Source: Ginkgo biloba
Lineage: Eukaryota > Plantae > Ginkgophyta
Reading direction: 5' to 3'
NCBI GenBank assembly: GCA_024626585.2
Contig: JANKJI020000001.1
Span: 1,014,447-1,036,944 of the forward strand
DNA length: 22,498 bases
Numbering within the stretch: position 1 is the first letter of the stretch; every line of letters starts with the position of its first letter. Below the pieces are notes generated by a model, which was not told the DNA's origin, ran no database searches, and worked only from the letters and a program-made list of their open reading frames with translations. Below are positions 12,647 to 22,498 of this stretch, piece after piece. The position numbers and the translations under genes are program-made.

Positions 12647-13107
12647 CTTAGTTTTTGGTCTTGGGCATCATTTATTTTTTGTTCTTCATTCTTTGTGGGT
12701 TTTCTTTGCCATATGGTCAACCCCCAATTCTGTTTACCTCCCTGTTGGACCCTTGTGGTGTTGCCCTTACTTCAGGCACCCCTATGAGATATCCTAACAA
12801 CTTCCTGTCTCTCCCTATCGCCCCTGTTTGCTTCTAAGTCTCCTATCTCCCCTTGTCTTTTTCCTACGATCTCCCATTCTCTTTCAATTATCCTATGGTC
12901 TATTATATATCCCTGCCTACCTAGTGTAGCCTCTATCACCTTGCTCAACCCTTTTTAGGGTTGCCCTAGCTATGTGCACCCCATGTAAAAGCCACATTGC
13001 CAGGTGTATACTCCCTTTGTCACCATGAGCCCTCGTGGGCCTACATCATTTTCAATCATCGCAGCATCTTCCCTACACCAAAACGACAAACAAAAAAAAA
13101 TTCTAAG

Positions 13108-13794
13108 ACCTAAAAATAAATAAAATCAATAAAAATCAAACCTAAGGTCATTTAATTTTTCATTTATCCCTTAAGTTTTGAGCCTTGGTCATGTGGAGAG
13201 ACATAGGACCCTATTTTAGGGATTAAAAATAAGAAATGGTGGTAAGAGACCTTTATTATATTTATAAATGACCATTCAAGTTGAAAACTTTCTTCTTCAC
13301 ATCTCCCTAGGCTTATAAATGTGATTTCTCTTCTAGGAGAGGGTTTCCCTCTCGATCTTCCTAAGAAATAATACCAAAAAATGTTACAAATTTTGAACCC
13401 CCAAAGGGCATTTAATTTTGTTATTCCATTTTATATTTTCACCTTCATCCATTTGTATAATAGGATCATCCATTCGTCTAATAGATAGTACCCATTTGTC
13501 TAATAGGCTTCATCTGCTCGTTTGTCGAGCCTTTATTCATTCGTCTAATAAATAGTGTTGGTATGTCTCATGTATATCACCCTTTATCCGTTCGTCTAAT
13601 AGATGGTGTTTGTTGTCTAACGAACACTAGTTTTATCTTCTAATGAGCACTAGGCCCTCTCTTCATCCTCTCTTCGTCCCCATTTACTACAGCAACATAA
13701 AAAATCACATTTAATAATCAAAATCAAGGTTGTTAACACAGATCTCCCCCACCACGTGTCGGTGGGCACGCGGTGGATATTTTTGGTGTCAATA
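13108..13794. repeat. Copy 2 of the diverged direct repeat; LTR-like terminus (...GGTGTCAATA)
   Basis: Same blocks as 12043-12646, with ends 1148 bp apart. Both copies are preceded by pyrimidine-rich tracts (11590-12020 and 12650-13080) ending in an A-run. Confidence 0.75.
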
Positions 13795-14299
13795 GGGGGA
13801 CTATAGGACACACTTGCATTCACTAGATGACANNNNNNNNNNNNNNNNNNNNNNNNNNNNNATTTATTGGCCCTTGGTACCTCTGATTCCCTAGTGGACT
13901 CAAATATTTGATCCCCCATGGTAGGGCATTTCACCTAGGAGCATTGGTAGATTCTCTATTAATCCAACCTCTAAGGTCTTCTCACCTGTATCAACACTTG
14001 AGAGGATTGGGGGGATTTGACTTATGGAAGGTATGGAATCTTCACCTACTATGTGATCTAGCCTTATTTTGACATGATTCATCTCTTGGGACAAGAACTT
14101 TGGAGAGTATATGGGTGGAATCAACTCTTGGATACTTGATTAAAAGGAACTAGTGAATAAAATTATTTTTCCCAAGAGTATCCACATATTTGTTCACTAA
14201 TATTAGAGATCGCCCTGTCAATTGGATTATTTTTATTTTCTCGCCAAGATGTGCCTCTCTTTATAATAAGGCCTATGATTCCAAGGAGCCTATTTATTT

Positions 14300-14950
14300 T
14301 CTCTATCAAAGTAGGATTACCTCATTATTTTCTTTCTTATCTAATTCTATAATTCCTAAGAGTTCTTAATACCCCTCTTCCAAATAAGCTTTACCAAAAG
14401 TTAAGAAATTACATAATCCCATTAAACGCATCAACTATAATTAGTTTAGTTTCTCAACTCTTGAGACCTGTTCAACATTATGCATTACCTTCTCTTTGAG
14501 TCCACTAATTTCATCTCTTTCCAAGGCCAACAACTTATGTACATCAACTACATTGTATAATGATGACTTTTAACTCTTCGATTTCTTATAGGTGCTAAAA
14601 AATATCCTAATCCTTTTAGTTGGATTCAAGATGCATTTCATTAACAAATTTATCCTTTTTATTTAATTAGACCTAAATGGCATAACATTCCCCCTAGATA
14701 TGGTCAATTTTTTCTTCTAATTATGCCATTTTTATTTGCACCTCAAGAGGGATTAGAGGTTCTTCTATTTCTATTGACACCTTTTTCCTTGAGAGATGCA
14801 CATGGGGGAAGAGGTTGGGTAGAAATTCTATATCCATGGTTTCCTATTCCTCTTTAGGAAGCATTCTTAACTCACCAATATCTCATAATGATAAATTAAC
14901 CTGATGGATTATTGAATCATTTTTCTCTTGAGCCTAGTGTGCTTAGAGGA
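14300..14950 (-). mobile_element. Highly degenerate LINE (L1-type) ORF2 3' fragment: zf-RVT-like plus RNase H-like remnant
   Basis: 14780-14840 is clearly similar to 20319-20379 (ttcctt..atgcacatggggg..aggttgg..ag). Minus-strand remnants QVNLSL*, and further downstream IIVDAFNG and an NP-containing block, fall in zf-RVT then RVT_3 order. Many frameshifts. Confidence 0.45.
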
Positions 14951-15055
14951 TTAATNNNNNNNNNNNNNNNNNNNNNNNNNNNNNNNNNNNNNNNNNNNNN
15001 NNNNNNNNNNNNNNNNNNNNNNNNNNNNNNNNNNNNNNNNNNNNNNNNNNNNNNN

Positions 15056-15756
15056 CCGTGGGGCGGGGCGGGGTTTCAGGGACATGGGGTTTTTCAAATA
15101 TATAGTATAGATATAGATGTGGACACACGTGATGGAAAAACAAATAGATCATATTCAAATGGGATCTAGGGTTGCATCATGGAGTTGTAACAAAACAAAT
15201 TCCATGTTAAAAAAATGCAAACAGAAAATGGTGGACCCCCGCGCCGGAATTTTTCAAATCATTGCCCACATGCAGGCTGCATAGTTTACGCCCTTTCTGA
15301 GTCGTTTTCCTTCTCTTTTACTTTTTCCTTGTAACTCGTAATGTCCTCACACATACTACTCGTTATGAAATCACTGTGTCAAATTAAACATAATTTTTTA
15401 AACTGATGAAATGCACCTGTCAGCAGTGGCGTGTCGTTTTACCTTTAAATGCTGACATTTTGGGGTGCAAATGGACGTTTGTGATCAATAACGGACGAGG
15501 CCTCGGCCTCACCTATCCAGATATTGTTGAAACGTAAACAACGAGTTATGTGTATAGGTTGCCTGGTTGCCTTTTGTACCTGCAGGAGGGCACGCGTTTT
15601 GTGTCATTTTGTGTTTCTAGGTTACAAGTAGAGCACAATTTAAATTTATCAAGCTTGATAATTTCCTGATAAATTGACAGAGATTAACAAGACCGATGGA
15701 ACTATAACAGAGAATAGTTGCACAAATTGATCCGCAGATCTATTATCCATCCATCC
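15056..15756 (+). promoter_or_regulatory. Putative upstream/promoter region of the P450 (CpG-retaining; GC boxes, G-box, CGCG-box-like motif)
   Basis: GGGCGGGGCGGG at 15061-15072, CACGTG at 15126-15131 and CACGCGT at 15591-15597. CpGs are frequent here, unlike in the flanking TE DNA. The motifs are short and could be chance; no clear TATA box found. Confidence 0.35.
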
Positions 15757-17249
15757 ATGGCGACCGTCTCTGCACTGTTTACCCTTCATACATTTCTGTA
15801 TTCCGTAATTTTCTTCTGCCTTCCTCTTTTTTTGTTCAAAATCTTCCTCTTTTCCAAGCACAAAAATCTGCCACCAGGTCCGCCAGCATGGCCGATTGTA
15901 GGCAATCTCTTGCACCTCAAACTATCCGGCGAAACATTCGAAGGCTTCGTGCAAACACTCCGGCAAAAATATGGCCCAATCTTCACCTTCAAACTCGGCC
16001 CTCGGACTCTGATTATGATCGCCAGCCATGAGCTCGCCCACGAAGCTCTGATAGAAAAAGTCTCAATCTTTGCTGACAGACCGACGGCCAAAGGGAGCCG
16101 AAAGATTTTCAGCAGTAATCAGCACACCATCAATTCGGCCTCATATGGCCCACTGTGGCGAACCCTCCGCAGAAACCTGGTAAGCGAAGCCCTAAACCCT
16201 AGCAGAATCAGAACCTTCAAAAAGGGCCGAGAATGGGCTCTGCATCGTATGGTAGAGATATTGAAGGCCGAAGCAGCCGAGAATGAAGGAACAGTGCGCG
16301 TCGTGGAGCATTTCAGATTCACAGGGTTCTGTATTCTCCTCTACATGTGCTTCGGTGTTCAATTCGAAGAAAATGTGATCTCGGATGTGGAAAATGTTCT
16401 CAGAGATCTGCTTCTGAGCGGCGGGGGGTTGTCCTGGGACGACGATTTTCCGCTCTTTAGGGTTCTCTTCGGGAAGCGATGGCAACGCATGCGGGAGATA
16501 CGCAAACGGCAAGTCGATACTCTTCTTTCTCTCATAAAAACCCCTCGTTCCTCATCCGGTGCTTATGTCGATTCCTTACATTCGCTGGTGCTCGACGACG
16601 GTTCGAAACTCACCGACGACGCACTCGTAAGCCTTTGCTCGGAATTCATCAACGCCGGTACCGACACAACCTCCACTTGTCTGCAATGGGTTATGGCCAA
16701 TCTGGTCATCAATCAGGAAGTCCAGGCCAAGCTGTACGACGAAATACTTCAGGTCGTGGGGAAGGAAAGAATGGTGGAAGACGAGGATGTGCAGAAAATG
16801 CCTTTTCTCGATGCCGTTGTGAAAGAAACCCTAAGAAAACATCCCCAGGCCATTTTGTTATTTCGCATACTGTTACCCAGCCTTGTACTCTGGGTGGTTA
16901 CAGTATTACCAGAGAGGCCGATGTGAACTTCTACATTTCAGGCATGTCGGATGATCCCAAGGTGTGGAAAAATCCCTCGGAATTCATGCCTGAGCGGTTC
17001 TTGGATGGTGAAATGGATTTCGATATGACGGGAAGTAAGGAGGTGAAGATGATGCCTTTTGGCGCTGGGAGAAGGATTTGCCCTGGTTTAGGGTTGGCTC
17101 TTCTTCATATTCATCTCATAGTAGCTCGTCTGGTGCACAGATTTGAATGGAAATGCAAGCCTGGTGAAACAGTCGATCTGTCTGAGAAGCAGGAATTCAC
17201 TACAGTCATGAAGAAACCCCTCCAAGCCGTGATAAAGGAGAGGGATTGA
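15757..17249 (+). CDS. Cytochrome P450, CYP71 clan, CYP89/CYP77-like, intronless; frameshifted by a 1-bp deletion at 16843-16846 (pseudogene allele or assembly error)
   Basis: ATG at 15757 (ccATGg) followed by a hydrophobic anchor and PPGPPAWPIVGNL hinge. I-helix AGTDTTST and K-helix ETLRKHP are in ORF 15718..16926. PGHF, PERF and heme motif FGAGRRICPG (Cys codon 17079-17081) are in the overlapping ORF ending 17249. Adding one C to CAT CCCC AGGC gives HPPGHF and a 497-aa protein. DMTGSKEVKMMPFGAGRRICPG and VDLSEKQEFTTVMKKPL resemble CYP89A/CYP77A C-termini as I recall them. Confidence 0.93.
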
Positions 17250-17522
17250 ATCCATTACAGGTCCTCGTAAATAGGTCTTTTCTTTCTTTCTTTACATCTA
17301 GTTGTAAATTTAATATAACTAGTTGGCCAGTAAGTTGATTTTGATATAATGAGTAGGCGAGAATAAGATTTTCATTGGGATGTTGTAATCATGAATGTAT
17401 TAAACTAATTGATAAGTGGAAGCTGTAAGCTCTGCGCACTAATAACAAGTTTTATAACGTAGTTGTTCAAATGAACATTTATATGTGTATTGTTCCACTC
17501 ACTTTATTTGGCGACATTGGAT

Positions 17523-17718
17523 TCATGAATTTTGAGCAACGAAGGTCAATGGCACATGATTAATCTATAACTTATCTTATTTTTTATCATGCATTTTGAG
17601 CAACGAAGGTAAATGGCACATCGGTAATCTATAACTTATCTCATTTTTTATCATGCATTTTGAGCAACGAATGTCAATGGCACATCACCAATATGCAACT
17701 TATCTTATTTTTTTATCT
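17523..17718. repeat. Tandem repeat, 3 x 64 bp, ~270 bp downstream of the P450 stop
   Basis: Unit tcatg(a/c)attttgagcaacgaa(g/t)gt(c/a)aatggcacat....aat.t..aacttatct.attttttta; TTTGAG starts at 17531, 17595 and 17659. Confidence 0.95.
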
Positions 17719-19473
17719 TGTGTTTAGTCTATGTTATAAAGAGGAAAGGGAGTTGCCACTCCATAGCACTTGATCTATAGTTACTATATCTAGTTTCTTC
17801 GGAGATGATGCTACATTTTTCAAGGCTATAGAAAGCATATTTATGTCTAATTTTGAAGAGATGAGAATTGTACCATATATAAAACTTATTTGTATAGAGT
17901 ACTAGCAAGAGAAAAGAGACATTTTGGCAATTGCTTGCGCAAGTCTCCATCCTTCATATGAAGAAAGATATATACATATTCAATAAGTGAAAAAATAATA
18001 AAAATCATATAAATATGAAATTAGTAAAACCTAGGTACATAAATACATAAATTATTTTTTATAAACGTATATTTAGTGTTGATTAATTTAATTATTATTA
18101 AAAAAATAAAACATAAGCTTACTTATATTTGTGGTATTATTATTATAATTAATTGCATTTATAACTCAATATTTGTCACATAACTTATATCCTTCATATT
18201 ATATTTGAGATAACTTGCCTCCATTATGATCCCTTCTTAGAGGGAGGGACATTGGATTCATAAATGTGAAGTGACTTATCTGAGCAACATATCACTATTC
18301 ACCAATTTACATCTAACTTCATTCTTGATTTCGTTTTTTAAACTTTACATTAAAAGCGTGGAGGGACTCGACATTACATTATTGTTACTTATTTCATAAT
18401 ATTAGCATGCCATTATCACAATGAAATATCATGCATTCTTTAGGGTAATTTATAATTCATGTCATTAATGTCCACCATAATATGCCTTGAATGTACAAAA
18501 AATAACTGTTATCTTGGTCCTTCATAAACTCCCTTGATGGTCCATGGGGGTGGAAAGTATCTAGTGAAAGGAATACACCTCCCTAAAATATTATCACTCC
18601 CTGGTATCCATGGGGATATCTGACTGGATTAGGGAGAAGATACCTTCCTAGAGAAGGTTGCCTCTTAAGTGAAAAAATAATTTCACTTAGTTTTACTTTA
18701 TCCTTAACATTAATTCATATGTGTTAATTATTCCTCTATCATATTATGGGTCCCTCCATAACCAAGTGCATTCATGAACCTTTATGAATGTCCTTAACCC
18801 TATCAGGGAGAGAAGATTTATTTAAGGAGAGAGTCAACTTTAAGGGAGGATAAGGATCCCTAACTAAGTAAAAATACAAGGGGTCATGGTTTTTGAGTTG
18901 CTCCTTGATGGATTCANNNNNNNNNNNNNNNNNNNNAGTGAGAGAGAGGAGTCCTAAGATTTATTAACTTCCCTAGTTTAGTGAGCTATCCCTAGTTGAG
19001 TCAACATACAAAGTTTTCCAAGGATCAAATACTCCCTCAGAGCTAACACCATTCTCTGATCATTCTAAGAATTACTATTCCTACACCAGATGTGATAGAA
19101 TATGCACAAAATAAATTAGTCTCCAATGTTTATCTACCTCAATCAAGTCAATCTACCACATNNNNNNNNNNNNNNNNNNNNNNNNNNNNGAATCATGCAA
19201 TATTTGAAGACTAGGAAGAATTAACATCGAGGAAGGTACTATAAGACCCATGAATATTTGATGAAATATTCTATAAAACCATAGGACTTAGCCAGCAAAA
19301 GGGCATAAAGGTGATAACATTTTGAATTCAGCGTAGGATGGTGGAGTCAGGAGAAGGATAATATGAGGATATAAGTCCTATTCTTTATGCTTCAAGATTA
19401 TACATGTAAAAGAATGGAATGGGTATAATTTAAAAGATTAAATATGAAGGAAGGGTATAAGATGAGGAAAAAG

Positions 19474-19919
19474 TTACTTATAGTAATATCCCATGATGAG
19501 TAATCCATCTTCTACTTCAAATGATGATGGATTCATGGGTTGATATACCATGTAATCATTGGAAGATCTAATAGGATTTTTTATGGGGAGAGTAGCATAA
19601 GAGTGACACATATCATATTTAAAGAACCCTCTCCTCTTAAGAGATCCAAACCCTTTGTCACCTTGTTGAGACAAGAGTGCCCAAGACATGTGGAGAATGA
19701 CTTTAGCCTTTAGTAAGTGCAATCATCCAATAATGCACCAAGGCAACTAGGATATATGGGATGTGACTTTGTATTATCTATCATGGAATATGGATACTAC
19801 CAAACTTAGTTTCCTTAGATCCAAGATGCATTCATTCTATATGACCTAGAATCTCCTCTACTTTATGAACACCTTCTCATATTTACATCAAGCCCATGGG
19901 TTGAGAGAAAATTTATGGA
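19474..19919 (-). mobile_element. Degenerate LINE zf-RVT fragment
   Basis: ORF 19474..19722 reads KAKVILHMSWALL...GSLKRRGFFKYDMC, which matches the zf-RVT pattern PKVxFFxW...LxRRG...C. Confidence 0.6.
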
Positions 19920-20136
19920 NNNNNNNNNNNNNNNNNNNNNNNNNNNNNNNNNNNNNNNNNNNNNNNNNNNNNNNNNNNNNNNNNNNNNNNNNNNNNNNNN
20001 NNNNNNNNNNNNNNNNNNNAGGGAAAAAACCACTAACATAACTTCTACCGTCAGATCTATGACCTAACAATGAATGGACTAGATTGACTACAAAATTATA
20101 ATAAATTACAAGGAAATTTTCAAATAAATTTTTCTT

Positions 20137-20240
20137 CGGGGGTGCTTCCCCCAAACCCCTACTAAGGGGGATCCATAATTGTCGTCACCTGGACCCCCTA
20201 GCGACACTAGTGGGGGGGAAATCCCCCCCACACCCCCCGG
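20137..20240. repeat. Cluster of G-tract/C-tract hairpins around ACTAGT (probable TE terminus or subterminal region)
   Basis: GGGGG-tgctt-CCCCC (20138-20152), aggggg(a)tcca...tggaccccct, and GTGGGGGGG-aaat-CCCCCCCAC (20210-20231). Confidence 0.6.
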
Positions 20241-20289
20241 TCAAGGAATGGGATCCAGACGTGACTGAACCAAGACCTCTAAGTGAGGA

Positions 20290-20520
20290 AGATGATCAAG
20301 CTCCATACCCAATAAATTCCCTTTTCCTTAAAATATGCACATGGGGGCATAGGTTGGTTAGGACATCTATAGCCAAGGTGGCCTTCTCCTCTTAAGGCAA
20401 TGTTCCCAATGTACTAGTTTTCTACAAAAATAAATTAACTTTCTTTCTCAAGGAACCCTTTCCTTTTAAGCATGGTTGTCTTAGAGTATCAACTTAATAT
20501 CTAGTTCTTCCACTCTTTTT
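20290..20520 (-). mobile_element. Degenerate LINE zf-RVT fragment
   Basis: Minus strand reads KVNLFL*K (TGG>TAG of a conserved W), then a frameshifted RRR...NLCP block. It is a paralog of 14780-14910. Confidence 0.55.
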
Positions 20521-21120
20521 GTTAATTCCTAGTTTATTCTTATAATTAATCTACTAGCAGTTTGAGCAGTCAGGGCATCATTGAAAATTTGTATAGTAAG
20601 GACAAAGTAGCCCTTTTATTTCTCTCTAACCTTTTATAATATAGGATATGGAATAATATCTAATGAATACTCAAGAGAAGGGTTTATCTCAAAAGATACA
20701 TTGAACCACTAAGTCAAAGGTATTTGGGCTACCATAGGCTAGGTAAAAATGGGGGGAGCTACACTTACAGTACTTATGGATAAGGGTGTGGTTATTACCA
20801 TTTCCTATTAAATGATGGAATCTTTTTTTTGTTCTTATTGTGACTTCTTCCTTCATCTTCATAAACATTTTTCCTCTTATGTCTACTTTCATTTGTCTCT
20901 TACTCTTTACTATGATCATCTCTCTTGGTATAAGTGGAATGGCCCTAGACAACAAACATAGATTTTGAATGCTTTTATTTTGAGGACTTAGAACCTTGAG
21001 AAAAGAATTTCTTATTGTCTNNNNNNNNNNNNNNNNNNNNNNNNNNNNNNNNNNNNNNNNNNNNNNNNNNNNNNNNNNNNNNNNNNNNNNNNNNNNNNNN
21101 NNNNNNNNNNNNNNNNNNNN

Positions 21121-22498
21121 ATTGTCTTTCTCCTTCGTGGTAGCAACTATATTCTCTCAAACCTCTAGGAATGAAATTATTGCTAAACCTAGTGGTGACC
21201 AAGCCATTCTATAGGTATCATCTATAAAATGTGCCTTATTACTTACCTAATAATAGTATTGGGCCATGGGGAAGGTTAATGGATGTTCAATGACCAAGAG
21301 CCTTTGAGATCTAAAGTTGGAGTTAGGAAATTATTTTTCCCTAAATACCCTAATGATTCATTCTATCAACCTAGTATGAGGTTAGGACGGAGTGCACTTC
21401 ATATCCTTAGGTGCATATGCTACTATTAGAGAGGCGTAGGTTATTTTATCATCCTTTTTCCATTAGAGTTCTCTCTATTTCTTATTGATATATTTAGTGA
21501 TATTCTTACTCCTCTCTATACCATCATCTCTTTTATTTTGCATTTATGAATATATATTCAATCAAGGTTGAGATTCTGGTTCAATCTATCTAGGGGGTCT
21601 CAGGGCTTCCATGCAAATTATAGCAACCAAATAAGGCATAGGGAAATGGCACCTAAACATTTATGAGGTTGTGTAATGTTCTTTAATTTTTTAAGCCAAC
21701 CATAGGGCCCATGCATAAATTATTTCTTTGGCCACCTTTGTTGTTATCACAACCCATTGATGAATCAAATAGGTACTAGCTTCTAAACAAATCAATCTTC
21801 TGGCTAGGATTCTAGCATACCATTTATCTCCCATGTTAGTGATTCAATTTATTATAAAACCATTGGACTTGATCCAAACAACAATTTCCTCATGACCTAG
21901 GTATAACTTATGAATGATCATCTACCTTCTCATCTTCCTTGCTTCTTCCTTAATTATTGTCCCCCTGAGTAGGTATCCTTTTGATGTTATTAATCATATT
22001 TTTATCTATTGGGATGAATTCATCCTAGAACCAAAATGCATCAGTCTCAAAGCGACAAAGCATCTCAACTAGAATGGAGTAAAGAAGGCATAGGACTAGA
22101 GATTTTTCATAGTGCATTATCCCTAGTTGTAATAGACATATATTTTTAGTGGACCTTTCCCTCATTATTTTCTATAGTAAATGGATCCCATTCTTGAGTA
22201 TAATAATCCATATGGTCCTAGATCGCTTCAGTTATCCAAAAATATTTTGCTTCCATCGAAGGTTTTTAGATCCAAGGGATATTCTTAGTGCAAATTATCT
22301 TCTACCACTTTATTGAGAAAGCTATTAGAAGACATGGAATGCTTGATTCAAAGAAAATAAGAATCTCCAAAGTATGTGCAAGCTCTGGTGATATTATGGC
22401 TTATTCCCTGTAGGATGAATGAGATTTAAATAGACATGGATATCAGAGGGTGGGAGTGAGAAAATTAAAGGCATTAAAAATCCTCATCCTTTGAAAGT
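21121..22498 (-). mobile_element. Possible very old LINE ORF1 (DUF4283 / zinc-knuckle-like) remnant
   Basis: Only scattered minus-strand remnants (GP-aromatic block near 21700; C..GH..CP-like spacing near 21390-21430) and position 5' of the zf-RVT fragment on the same strand. No intact ORF. Confidence 0.25.

Noticed and set aside
15718-15756. N-terminal extension of the P450 from a TTG start
   Set aside because: In a eukaryote the first in-frame ATG (15757) in good context, directly before the membrane anchor, is the expected start.
15786-16512. Three antisense ORFs (101, 67 and 106 aa)
   Set aside because: Shadow ORFs of the GC-richer P450 coding strand with no recognisable motifs.
16831-16850. 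Programmed -1 ribosomal frameshift or an intron rescuing the P450
   Set aside because: There is no in-phase X XXY YYZ slippery heptamer. Homology needs one extra base, so removing an intron would delete conserved residues.
15757-17249. P450 as a LINE-made retrocopy because it lacks introns
   Set aside because: CYP77/CYP89 genes are normally intronless; no poly(A) tail or TSD is seen and a native-looking upstream region is present.
17523-17718. CRISPR-like array
   Set aside because: Whole 64-bp units are repeated with no unique spacers, there are no cas genes, and the context is eukaryotic.
22434-22450. ACATGGATATCAGAGG as LTR end plus tRNA-iMet primer-binding site
   Set aside because: Needs an insertion and a mismatch relative to TGGTATCAGAGC, and no LTR or gag context is visible.

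Overview
AT-rich, repeat-dominated eukaryotic DNA from a land plant with a large, transposon-laden genome (a gymnosperm-like host is an inference, not shown). It comes from a gapped assembly with 15 N-runs, seven of them exactly 100 N. The only clearly recognisable gene is an intronless cytochrome P450 of the CYP89/CYP77 group (+ strand, 15757-17249). It is split by a single missing C in the K-helix 'HPPG' codons, so as assembled it loses the heme cysteine. It sits in a CpG-rich island among decayed retroelements: an internally deleted Ty1/copia (gag + RT), a probable solo LTR, two tandem diverged LTR-like ends with a ~21-22 bp phased motif, and several minus-strand LINE fragments. Unexplained structure includes a cluster of hairpins at 101-197 (one 23-bp stem), possible orphan splice chains in the first 7.3 kb, and a 3 x 64 bp tandem repeat just downstream of the P450. 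I see no evidence of a prokaryotic-type system (CRISPR, operon) and cannot support a claim of a new multi-gene system.
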